Positions 12,851-24,630 of a stretch of DNA of 64,000 bases are shown piece after piece (position 1 is the stretch's first letter; every line of letters starts with the position of its first letter). Source of the stretch: Octopus sinensis (taxonomy: Eukaryota); NCBI RefSeq assembly GCF_006345805.1, contig NC_043000.1, forward strand, positions 96,534,001-96,598,000, given 5' to 3'. The position numbers were made by a program, and so were the translations under genes. Below the pieces are notes generated by a model. That model saw only the letters and a program-made list of their open reading frames with translations, ran no database searches and was not told the origin of the DNA.

Positions 12851-13589
12851 ATATAAACAATAACATATCTATCCATTCTTAATATGTTCTGGCAGAGTTG
12901 AATGTGACTATACTGATTTCTAGTGTATTTTGCTATCAGAGAATGTCTCTTCCCTTATTTTGAAATAATTATGCATTGTTTTATCGCTTTGAGATTTTGA
13001 TGATGTCATTGTTTATTTGTACAATGACATTGTAGAATAGGAATGAGAGGCTAGATCTGGTCAGTTTCATCATAAAACAGGTACAATATTTGGGCCAGAC
13101 GTGATTGTTTAAATGCTAAAGGGTTAATAAACCTGTTTTAATTATGAGCAATGAAAATATTAGACTGTCTAATTATCTAATATTTAGATTGTGATATTAA
13201 TTAGATATAATTTAGGAAATCATATTTAGATAGCTTACATAATGTAGTTATTAAATATTAAATTATCTGTCATTACTAGCATGTATTTTATCTATCCCTC
13301 TCTTTAACAAAGTATCTTATGCAAGATGTCAGAATTATTTTCTCCTTTGCAGGCTATTATCTAATTCCACTTTGATAATTTTTTTTTTTATATTTGATCT
13401 ATGTTAATGCAGGCTACTACTAGTTTCCTTGGATTCTACTGTTTTCTTTTCACACTTATGTTACCATATTTCTGTTGAAATATATTATTTCAATTAAGTT
13501 TTAAAATAATGAAGCATTTAGTAAAATAACTTTTGTCATTATTAAGCTAATATTTGGAACAAATTATACACACACATACACACACACAT

Positions 13590-13671
<82 letters not shown>

Positions 13672-13672
<1 letters not shown>

Positions 13673-13980
13673 GTGGAGGTGCAATGGCCCAGTGGTTAGC
13701 GCAGTGGACTCACAGTCGGAGGATTATGGTTTCGATTTCCAGACTAGACGTTGTGTGTATTTATTGAGCGAAAACACCAACAAGCTCCACGAGGCTCTGG
13801 CAGGGGGTGGTGGTGACCCCTGTTGTACTCTTTCACCACAACTTTCTCTCACTCTCTCTTCCTGTTTCTTGAGTAACGCTGCGATGGACTGACGTCCTGT
13901 CCAGCTGGGGGGGAACACATACGCCACAGAAACCAGGAAACTGGGCCCATGAGCCTGGCTAGGCTTGAAAAGGGTGACGT
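13672..13980 (+). mobile_element. tRNA-derived SINE with V-domain-like core; related copies ~50760-50965 (-), 51530-51755, 62185-62330, 63918-64000
   Basis: Head tggcccagtggttag...ggtttcgatttcc. Internal ctgcgatggactgacgtcctgtccag resembles the V-SINE conserved domain. Confidence 0.75.
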
Positions 13981-16447
13981 TTTTATCGTTTTATATATAT
14001 ATATGGAGAGGGAGAGAGAGAAAGAGAAAGAGTACCTATTGCAATAGAATCTTAAAGCAGCAGAAACATTTTTTATATGAATATACCATCTAGGTTTCAT
14101 CATTGTTGCTACTGTTGTTAATTTGTCTGCATCGTTTTAAGTCTGATTTCCATGTTGGATGGGTTGTCACAGTTAGACAATTCTTACTTGGAATTTGCTG
14201 CCCATTTAGGTGAGTCATATGTCTATGCCATTTTTGGCTTGCTTTTATATGGCTAAGTGCCCTTCCTTTCATCAACCACTTTACGAAGTATACAAGGTGC
14301 ATTTTATGGTGCCAGCACTAGAGAGGTGGTCATGTCCTCAACAAGTTTAAAAAGACTTCTCAACCTCACTTTTTCTCCACCCTCCTATGAACCACACTCA
14401 AATGGTTGAGTGCATTTTATCATGGCACCAGTTTTAATACCTAGAGTTTTAATTTAAAAAAGAAAACTAAAACAAAAAAGAAAACGACAAAAAAACTAGT
14501 AATAAATGTATGGTGAGGAAAGAGACTAACAATGGTGAATGTGATTTTCATAGCTTACAAACCACATGGTTCCAGGTTCAGTCCCACTGCGTGGCACCTT
14601 GGTAAAGTGTCTTCTGCTAAAGCCCCGGGCCGACCAAAAGCCTTGTGAGTGGATTTGGTAGATGGAAACTGAAAGAAGCCTGTCGTATATATGTGTATAT
14701 ATATATGTTTGTGTGTCTGTGTTTGTCCCCCCAACATCGCTTGACAACCAATGCTGGTGTGTTCACGTACCCGCAACTTAGCGGTTCGGTAAAAGAGACC
14801 GATAGAATAAGTACTAGGTTTACAAAGAATAAGTCCTGGGGTCAATTTGCTTGACTAAAGACAGTGCTCCAGCATGGCCACAGTCAAATGAATGAAACGA
14901 GTAAGAGAGTAAAAGAGTATGGGAGACAATTTTGGACGTGTTTTGGTTTATTCTGACCTGATCAGTGAAGCGTTGCCTTCAATTGTGTTTGCTGCAGTAT
15001 TGATGAAAGAATGAATCAATAAATATACACACAAGATTATACATTTTTTGATGTAGTAAAAAATAGAATTGTTTTAAATATATAATTCAAAGGCATCGTC
15101 TTCAATGTTGTGTATGCTATTGACAGTGATTTTATTGAGATAAAAGATAGTATTGATAACCATAACATGATTTGAATTTAAAATAAAGATGGTCGGAACT
15201 AAATTCTGTAATATATTTCATCCTGTGCTCAACCATTTCTGTCAACACAGCATCTGTACAATTACTTAACTGCTAGAAATGGTACCTAAATCTTCAAATC
15301 ATATCCTACTTTCTTTAAAAGTGGTGGTATTCCTTGGATAATGTAGTTCTAGATACACTATCTTTGGAAATAAAACTGGATGATTAGTGTTTGAAACTGT
15401 TTTGATCATAGATCTGTTGGATGAGAGCTGAACTGGGAAAGAAGAACAAAAACAATATACTGCCCTACGCTGCCCTGAGCAATTTAAAAGTACAAGAAAT
15501 GTGGTGCATTACTGTTCTTGAGAAGACCCACCCACCACAGCAGAACTGAGATCCAAAAAACTAAGGCGCTGTGTAAAAAGCATTGGTGTGGGTGTTGGTG
15601 TCATGTAAAATACACTAGTGATGGTGGCGTGTGAAAAGCACTGGTGATAGTGCCACATAAAAAGCACTGGCAATAGTGCCATTTAGAAAGCACTGGTGAT
15701 GGTGCCACATAAAAAGCACTGGTGATGGTGCCATGTAAAAGGCACTCAGTCCACTCTGTGGAGTGGTTGGCAATAGGAAGGGTATCCAGCCATGGAAACA
15801 AGCCAAAATAGACTATGGAACCTGGTGTAGTCCTTGGCTTTCTCAATTCTTGTCAATGCTAGCATGGAAAATGGACGCTAAATGTTATTGATGATGATGA
15901 TGATGTTCTTTTTGCTATATTAGATTTAAAGAATAGTTACTTGTAAGCACTTTATAGCTGTTATAGAAAACTTGGGTAAAAAGAAAAAAAAAAAACAATA
16001 TGCAAGAAATTTATGTTAAGGTTTTAAAGCTGTCCTAGGAAATATGAAAGAAAACTTTATGTTAAGAGAGTTTTAATAAGTGTTATATTAAATATGCAAA
16101 TCATTAAATTAAGTTGGTGATACTATCTGGTTGAATTTGCCTGAATTTACCTAACTTAATCATGCAAGTCATCTTGATCTTACATAGCATTTGGGAGGTG
16201 AGCAGGACAACATTTTGGGTCCATCCTGAGATGGTTGATAAAAGCTTTTACTTTGTTATAGACAGGCCCTGTGTAGCATAATTGGTTACCACATTCATTT
16301 GAGAAGCAATAGATATCTGGTTAAAATTCTGTTAATGCCCATTGCTCTCTTCTCTGTTACAAAGTGGTTCTTATCCTATCTAATATCAAATATATTTTAT
16401 GTTATTACATCGCTGTACTTTGAAGATTCAGTATTTTATACAGCTAA

Positions 16448-16910
16448 GATGGTGAGCTGTCAGAATTGTTAAGATGCTGGCCAAAATGCTGCTAAGCATT
16501 TTGTCCATCTTTATGTTCTGAGTTCAAATTCTGCCAAAGCTGACTTTGCCTTTCGTTCTATCAGGGTTGATAAAATAAGTACCTATTTCTTTACTACCCA
16601 CAAGGGGCTAAACACAGAGAGGACAAACAAGGACAGACAAATGGATTAAGTCGATTATATCGACTCCAGTGCGTAACTGGTCCTTAATTTATCGACCCGA
16701 AAGGATGAAAGGCAAAGTCGACCTTGGCGGAATTTGAACTCAGAACGTAGTGGCAGACGAAATACGGCTACGCATTTCGCCTGGCATGCTAACGTTTCTG
16801 CCAGCTCGCCGCCTTTAATAAAATAAGTACCAGTTGAGCACTAAGGTCAATGCAATCTTCTTACCCCCTCCCCCGAAATTGCTGGCGTTGTGCCAAAATT
16901 TGAATTCAGT
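16448..16910 (+). mobile_element. Third SINE-like family, with a younger relative nested in reverse (16584-16817). Other copies ~4830-5180, 10770-10950, 24922-25122, 55355-55565, 56540-56970, 57490-57860, 61735-61875
   Basis: Shared gagctggcagaatc...ctgagttcaaattc...gactttgcctttcatcctttcggggtcgataaa...gtaccagt. 14-nt direct repeat ATAAAATAAGTACC at 16570-83 and 16818-31. Confidence 0.8.
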
Positions 16911-18619
16911 ATTTTTTTCAGCTAATCAAATATTCTTCATCTTTTCTTTACAGATTGACTTCTAAGAAAGTAACCTATTCACTCCATGTTCGTAAAATTG
17001 GGGACACCTCATGACAATGAAGATGATTCTTGTCAATTTTCAAAGTATGATATATTCTTGACTGCTGCATTACATTCACATTGTTGTGTAAATATCGCTG
17101 ATTAACTTCCATGAAATTTGAGTGCATTCATTTTCTTTTTTTTTTTTTTAACTGGTATTAATGCACATTTTTACCAAATTCTTCCTTCTGATGGTGATTT
17201 GTGTACTGTTCTAAAACATAATTCAGTGTTTCTGAACTTCTTTACGGAACTATTCATTTTCACTTTTTTTTGCATACAAGATGAGGGTTTTATTGTTCAC
17301 TATCACTGTATTATCATTTTCCTATTGTTTACTAAAGATAATGAAATGTAAAGGAAATTTATTATGGAAATTAAATTACTTAAAGATTTTTATATTAATC
17401 AAGATTATTTGAAGATTTGTTAATGAACAGTATTAACAGAAAAATAACTTCCTGCTGAATGATATTGCTTGAAGGTTTTTCTACAGACAAATTACAGATT
17501 ACAGATTTGTTGATAAATAACAAAGGAAAATGATATTTAAAAGAGTTGAAATGTGTTTGTGAGCAATATTTATATCCTTTGATCTTGTTACTAAACAAAA
17601 CTAACTTAAGAATTGTTTGACATGATCTTTGAATGTTTTGTCAATGAACCAAATCAGCCAAAACCATTATCTTCAGATTTGTTGTTATATAACACTAACC
17701 AGAGATGTCTGGTGAATGATATTAAATTCATTGAAATTCATTTCTTGGTTTTAATTATTTTATCAAAAAAATCTCAAAAAGTTAAACATGAAACTTTCTG
17801 AGCTGTTTCATTATCCCTTTCTTGTTGTAATTGCCTTTTATATATTTAGTTGATATCCTCCTCCTCCTCCTCCCCCAGCCTCCTCCTCCTCCCCTGCACC
17901 TCCTCCTCATCACTATAACCACCACCACCACCACCATCATAACTTAACATCCATCTACCATGCTGAATTGTTTGTTTGCCATTAGAAAACACTTCCTCTC
18001 ATTATATGATGTGTATTCATAACACACATGATCCACTGGTTCACCTATGTAAGAAGGGGACTTTGAGATATTGCAACTTACTCGACCCTATTGTGTATCT
18101 CCTCAGTTGAAGGTACCCGACTGGACTTACAACTCTCACAAGAGCATTAGCTCTTATTTATAGGAATCAGCAAGCAAATTATTTGCTGATGTATGCAGAT
18201 GTCTGTCAAACAGATAAGAATTCATGTGATGCATGCAGAACTGAGAGATTTAAACATTAACATATCCTAATAACAAACATGAATATCTGATCATTATTGT
18301 TTTATGCCACCTACAAAACATAGCCTAAAGGAAGGAGCTGTTCTCCAGGGGCCAAAAAACAACAGTGATCAGATTTTCATGTTTGAATCTGCCAGAACAT
18401 ATTAAAAATAAATAGATGTGTTGTATGTATAGATGTGTTGAAGATAACTATGGACAACTGCCTCAAAACCTCCAGCTTTTATATCCAGATTACAAATTTA
18501 CACTTATATCAATAATAATTGAAGCACTTGGGTCTGTAAGTAAATGCTTGACTGTCAGTCTGGATAAGCTTGGATCTTAAGAAAAAGAAATCAACCAACT
18601 GATTTGCACATTACAAACA

Positions 18620-19095
18620 CAAATCAAATTCGATGACAGCACCGCATGACTGGCATCCATGCTAGAGAATCACTTAGAGCACCATCCAAGCATGATCGTT
18701 GCCAGTGCCGGTGGCACATAAAAAGCACCATTCGAGCGTGATCGTTACCATCGTCGCCTTACTGGCACTTGTGCTGGTGTTACATGAAAAACAACATTCG
18801 AGCGAGGGCGTTGCCAGTGCCACTGGACTAGCTCCTGTGCAGGTGACACGTAAAAACACCATTTGAGCGTAGCCGTTGCCAGTACCGCCTGATTGGCCCT
18901 CGTGCATGTGGCACGTAAAAGCATCCACTACACTCTCGGAGTGGTTGGCGTTAGGAAGGGCGTCCAGCTGTAGAAACTCTGCCAGATCAGATTGGAGCCT
19001 GGTGCAGCCATCTGGCTCACCAGTCCCCAGTCAAACCATCCAACCATGCCAGCATGGAAAGCGGACGTTAAACGATGATGATGATGATGATAATG
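18620..19095 (+). mobile_element. RTE-3'UTR-type short retroelement; many dispersed copies (e.g. 917-1105 -, 6025-6212 +, 15560-15905 +, 22020-22230 -, 48320-48485 -, 49030-49590 -, 50010-50470 -, 51770-52025 -)
   Basis: Shared core ggttggcgttaggaagggcatccagctgtagaaac...gcatggaaaacggacgttaaac plus (gat)n tail. Confidence 0.85.
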
Positions 19096-19289
19096 ATGAA
19101 ATACAATCTGTAAGTGGAACAGTAAAACTATGCAAGGCTTTTCTTCGGTTTAAAATGTAACATAGTTTTCGTTATCTACATTCCAAAGATGGAGGTTTGT
19201 ATCTTCGTTAGAAACCAGCTCCTTCTTCAGAGGAAGAATTTGAATAATTAAAATCAGAAGAGACATACATTCATATGTATAATGTATTC

Positions 19290-19364
19290 ACACATATACG
19301 GTCTGCATATGATATATGTATATGTGTATATATCATATATACTATAAACATCTCTCTCTCTCTC

Positions 19365-19441
<77 letters not shown>

Positions 19442-19576
19442 ATGTATATGTATATATATGTATGTATGCATATGTATATATATATATATACACACACACA
19501 CACATATATATATATACATTTATCTGTCTATCTATCTATCTCTCCCCTTCACTCTTATATATATGTATGTGTGTGT

Positions 19577-19624
<48 letters not shown>

Positions 19625-19720
19625 GAAGGCGGACGTTAAACGATATACACATATCTATCCTTATCGTTTAATTTTCTGAATGTTATACACTCACACACAC
19701 GCACGCACGCGCACACACTG
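19290..19720. repeat. Compound (TA)/(TG)/(CT)/(CA) microsatellite block
   Basis: Direct reading; it explains the YIYI/CVCV ORFs in this interval. Confidence 0.95.
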
Positions 19721-20079
19721 AAATTGTGAGGGCCTACATTCACAATTGATTTATCTTGAATTTCTAAAGATTGACTACTTATTCAATTCTGGTGAGTCTT
19801 GAACCCACATCTGGAGTCATGACAGGCATTATATCATAGGATCAAACTTCTAAAATGGGTAAAGAAATTTGAAAGATTGCTTTGGTCCAATGTTAGAATA
19901 CCTGTCATATCTACTAGAGATCTGAGTTGGAGTTCCACGGGTAACCTTTGACTTTTTATTTCCAAAATGGTTTTCAACACAATTTTTACTTGCTGTTAAA
20001 GCTTTGTGTGCTTTGAGATCCACTGTTCCAAAAAAAAAAGGAAGTATTTCATGTTCTTTTGAAAGTTTATGAATTCTTA

Positions 20080-20604
20080 TGACGTCAATAATGTGTATGC
20101 ATTTCGGTATGTGAACTCGAATCAGCAAATATTAAAATAACGTGCACATCATTTTTAACACTCTCGTGTACACACAAACGTGGATTGGCACTTGCTAAAC
20201 GACATATTTTTGGGTGTTATATCTTTTTCAATGTTACATTTTTTTTTCGCTGCTGGTTACTGAGGAGGCGTTATTATGCCGAAACCAGAATATGGCAGTT
20301 TGCGGACTCATTTGGAGCATGTGTTTAACGCACTAAATCTCTTAGGAGAAGTTGTCTGAAACAAAATCCAATAGTAAATGCCATTCTTTGTATGTACAAA
20401 GACGTAATTTAATTATGTGCATTGCTAGGTGTTTTAACACCCGGCGCTCTGAGAGAGTATTCTCCATCACGCCAATTCGCAGCTTACTAGCATATACACG
20501 AAAAAATATGCGTTAAATATATGTGGTTGTCAATGTTTATTACACTATCGCTACTTCTATTTCATATTTGAATTTATTCTTACGTATGCATTGTCCAGGC
20601 ATAC
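20080..20604. promoter_or_regulatory. CpG-enriched, promoter-like segment
   Basis: About 20 CpGs in ~500 non-repeat nt against a CpG-poor background. TGACGTCA (CRE palindrome) at 20080-87. Abuts the gap upstream of the first visible FYCO1 exon. Confidence 0.45.
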
Positions 20605-20704
20605 NNNNNNNNNNNNNNNNNNNNNNNNNNNNNNNNNNNNNNNNNNNNNNNNNNNNNNNNNNNNNNNNNNNNNNNNNNNNNNNNNNNNNNNNNNNNNNNN
20701 NNNN
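20605..20704. other. Assembly gap (100 N, true size unknown)
   Basis: Run of exactly 100 n. Confidence 0.99.
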
Positions 20705-21349
20705 AACAAAATCGCAATCCCTTTAAACCTTAGCATTCAGATTACTTTATCAAATGTTGTTTATTTATTCACATTATTTTGAATTAATCTTGCATAATCT
20801 TGCAGCTTTAAGATTCCAAATGATGTGATTGTTTACTTTTAGAATGACACTGTAGGGTAGATGTGAGAGGTCACATTGGCTGGTTTGAACTTAAAACAAG
20901 TAGAATATTTGGGTCAGATTGGGAGGTTTAAATGCTAAGGCTAAACACCCAATGTATCCCCTTGATATTTGCTGTCTCTTGTGAGCTCAAAATACTCCAA
21001 GGTATGCTGCCACTTAGGTTAACAACCACTGAGTTAGACATAGTAGAAGAGAAAAAATTACTTGTGAACTGAAATTAACATGAATTTCTAATTAAAGCTA
21101 GTTACTCTGCTAATATTTTTGCGGAAAGGCATGAATGTCACAGAATTTCAATTCTGATCCTCAGATCTAAAGAAACATGTTTATGAAAGATATCAATATT
21201 ATGCCAGCCAGGTGAAGTCCTAGATATTATGCAGGTCTGTTATAAAACCATTTTGAAAGTGGAGTGTGATTATTCTGTACAAAGTTTCTAGAGATCTAGG
21301 AATAAGAATAAATTTTACTGATTTTGAGATATTTTTTTTTATCTTTCAG

Positions 21350-21493
21350 TGATGGTTTTATCCATCATCTCCTTGGTGACAACACAAACACAGTTCGGCA
21401 ATTATAAATGCACTGTATGACATCCATGATGTAAACTTCGATTTAATTCCTACAGGTTATGATTTAGACAACTCATGGCCTTCATTTGCCCAG
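21350..21493 (+). CDS. FYCO1: RUN-domain C-terminal exon, disrupted as assembled
   Basis: tttcag| ... cag|gtaaaa. Frame reads *WFYPSSPW*QHKHSSAIINALYDIHDVNFDLIPTGYDLDNSWPSFAQ, resembling human [49 protein letters not shown]. In-frame TGA at 21350-52 and 21377-79. Confidence 0.8.
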
Positions 21494-22369
21494 GTAAAAT
21501 TTTCACTATTTCCTATTTTCAGTGTTTACATGTATTTAGTATATTTAAACTAAAAGTTGTATTTCTAATTAAAAAGTGATGACAATCTTTTAATTTACTT
21601 CCAGTAGAAGTTATACTCTCTGTCAATTTATCTTTCCTTCCAATTGAACATGAATCTGATAGGTAGTTTTCGTCAGCTTCCAGTGCACAAATTTATGAGA
21701 AAGGAATTGATCAGCTGAACTTTGAATGGTGATGCAGGAATTATTTATACCATATTTTGATCACACATTCTAGAAAATCTTAATATAAGTGCTCATTTTT
21801 GTCAAATTCTTAACTGCTGAATGGTTATAATCAATCATGAACAGATCCAAGCATCATAACATATATTTCTGAGCTTTCAAACGTATGATACTCAATACAT
21901 CACCAAAGTTCTAAACTGCTAAACACCATTATAATAAGTTTGAATTCAGAACTATCTTGTTAGTTTTTTAAAAATTCAGTTAACTTTTGAGCCTTCAACA
22001 TATTTTCTAATTGTTTATTATCATTGTTTAACATCTGTTTTCCCTGCTGGCATGGTTGGATGTTTGACTGGGGACTGGCAAGCCAGGCGGCCTCACCAGG
22101 CTCCATCTGATCTGGCAATGTTTCTACAGCTGGATTGCCCTTCCTAACCTGCAGGCATGGGTACCAATCAGGTGGCGCTGGCATGGCCACGTTCAGATGG
22201 TGCTTCTTACATGCTACCAGCACAGGAGCCGCGTGGGGGTGGGGTGGGGTTTTGGATTGTGCTTTTTACGTACTACCAAGTAATGTCTAATGTACAATTT
22301 CATGGAACAACAGCAGTTTTTATATTATAGAGAATAAAAATATTTCTAAAAACTGCTATCCTATTTCAG

Positions 22370-22452
22370 AAAGACAATGGCGCTATTCCTGGAATCCGCC
22401 AGTAGAACATCCAGTATGAGCAGTCTCCTCAGTATTCCAAGCATACAAACAG
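22370..22452 (+). CDS. FYCO1: Post-RUN exon with apparent compensated frameshifts
   Basis: tttcag| ... cag|gttaag. One frame gives KTMALFLESASRTSSMSSLLSIPSIQT and another gives RYSWNPP (human AYLWKPPSRSSSMSSLVS). The end phase (1) clashes with the next exon (0). Confidence 0.7.
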
Positions 22453-23789
22453 GTTAAGTAATGTTTGGTATACATTATGTATTATAATTTTATAGGTTTT
22501 CTGCTGTGTGTTCATCATCATTTAACATCCTCTTCCATGTTTTTGTGTGGGTCAGATAAAATTTGTGAGACAGATTTTCTGCAGCTGGATGCCCTTCCTG
22601 TAGCCAATATTCATTTATTTCTATGAAAGATGGAAATGAACAATATTGCTTGTTTCTTGGCAGAAATGCTCGTATATGATCATCACAGGATGTCAATATA
22701 AGGATAACTACTCATATTTGACATGTCTTTTTCAGCTTCTGTCTTTGAAATTCACTCCACGGCTTTGTTCAGCCTAGGACTGTAGTAGGAAGCATTTGTT
22801 CAAGTTGTTACACAGTGTGACGATATGAACCTGAAATCGTGGTTCAGAATCAAATTTTAAAGCACACAGCCACTCCTTCACTGAGTGTTTAATAAATTTG
22901 TATATGGATGCAGACATGGCTGTGTGGTTTAAAAAAAAATGGAAATTTGGCATGTGTTTCACTACTACTGCCTTGATTGACCAATATAATATTAGAAATA
23001 TTTGGTAGATGGAGGCTGTATGGAAGTCCAGAAATATATGCATGAGCACATCTGCACATCATCATCATTTAGCGTTTGCTTTCCACGCTGGGTTAAATGG
23101 TTTGACTGAAACTGGTAAACTGGAGAGTTGCACCAGGTTCCAATCTGATTTGGTACAGTTTCTACAGCTGGATGCCCTTCTTAATACCCACCACTCCAAG
23201 AGTGTAATGGGTGCTTTTTACATGCCACTGGTGCAGCTGCCATTACATGACACCAGCATCGACCACAGCTATGCTTTCACTTCGCTTATATGAGTCTTCT
23301 CAAACATGGCATATTGCAAAGGTCTCGGTCACTTATCCCTTTATGAGCCCAACATTCGAAGGGTGCTTTTTACATGCCACCGGCACGGGTACCTGTTACG
23401 TGGGCCCAGCATCAGCCACAACTAGGGTTTGTCTTGGCTTGATGCGTCTCTCAAGTACAACATATTGCCCAAAAGTTTCTCAGTCACTTGTCATTGCCTC
23501 TGTGAGGCCCAGTGTTCCATATGTATGAAAAAATTATGTCTTGTTCAACTCTGCTGCTATTTCCATGCTGTATGAGTTGGGTGGTCTGCTGGGGTAGTAC
23601 TCTATGATTGAAAGCCCTTCCTGATGCAAACCCTTACTTATTTTTCAAGTAAGGTACTTTATTCTCCTGATCTTTGCACATCAACTGTGACAAGTAGGAT
23701 GTACTATTTTGGCTGGACATCAACAATCTTCAACAATAACCAACAGATGTTGACGTGAGATGTGCAGAGATGCACAGACACACATATGC

Positions 23790-23982
23790 ATTTATACATG
23801 TCATACATACATGCATACACACAAGCATACATACATGCATACATACATACATACATGCATACATACATACATGCACATGCATGCATACATTCATACATAC
23901 ATGCATACATATACATGCGCACATACATACCTACATACATATAACATACCACATACATACATACATACATACATACATACAC
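23790..23982. repeat. (TACA)n/(TGCA) compound microsatellite
   Basis: Direct reading of the sequence. Confidence 0.92.
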
Positions 23983-24299
23983 CAACAGGCATATGCTTAT
24001 ACATGTTGCATTTGTCTGCCTGTTTTCTATGTATGTCTTCATTGATACCACTTGGAGAGCAGTGATGATTTATATATGTCCAGTGTAAACAATATATCAT
24101 ATACCTCAACATGCTGACATGCAAAGACTAGTGAAATAAAGCACTTTACTTGAAACCAAACAGGTTAGCATAGGATAAGGTGTTCAGGCCGTAGAAAATT
24201 GGTTCCAAGAAGCCTTGTCTAACCCATACCAGCAGGAGAGAATGAGCGCCAAAAGCATTGCTTCTGCTGCTGCTTATGATAGCATCACACATATATGTG

Positions 24300-24630
24300 T
24301 GTAACTTTTTGTTACCGTTTTTCTGTTTTTTTTGAAATACAGTCTTTTGTGTCAGTTAATTTGAAAATAATGAAGAATTTATTGAAATAACTTTGTTATT
24401 GTTTAACCTTTTTGTTACCATATTTTCATTGAAATACACTGCATTGTTTAAATTAATTTTGGGGAAAAAAAAGATGATTATCTTTATTTAGCCTTTTCAT
24501 TACCATATTCTGTCTGTTGAAATAGACTGCTTCTGTTTCAATTAACGTTGAATATAATGAAGAATTTATTAACATAACTTAGTTGTTATAAGTTGATGTC
24601 TGGAACACACATTAATTTTAGGGAAGGTTT
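24300..24630 (+). repeat. Tandem partial copies of a second TTAACCCTTTTGTTACC MITE family (also ~13455-13565, 27119-27350, 47975-48190, 61475-61700)
   Basis: Unit of ~110 nt (gttaccatattt...gaaataatgaagaattta.tgaaataacttt) repeated about three times. Confidence 0.65.

Larger units (their letters stand above)
1..13570 (+). repeat. Second copy of 33,419-~48,190 (partial FYCO1 duplicate or uncollapsed haplotype)
   Basis: Colinear by eye from position 1 (=33419) to ~13570 (=~48190). The left boundary lies outside the window. Confidence 0.97.

Noticed and set aside
13672-13760. tRNA-like sequences (also 716-790, 32727-32800, 63918-63990)
   Set aside because: A/B boxes continue into SINE bodies and I could not form a full cloverleaf; these are SINE heads.
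19150-19240. Minus-strand CTGAAGA...GAAA as another hammerhead
   Set aside because: Stems I and II do not pair.
19254-19679. Many ORFs rich in YI/CV/HT/SL/ER repeats (also 23704-24124, 51821-52175, 62297-62774, 63117-63299)
   Set aside because: They are translations of stop-free microsatellites, not genes.
19731-20370. Minus ORF 19850-20128, and faint plus-strand resemblance to RUN N-terminal motifs (LH.....LEFL; RYVNS; FADSFGAC)
   Set aside because: Similarity is within chance for by-eye comparison, with stops and no convincing acceptors; a profile search would be needed.
21350-21379. A-to-I editing rescuing the UGA stops to UGG
   Set aside because: It could fix a stop but not the frameshifts in this and neighbouring exons.
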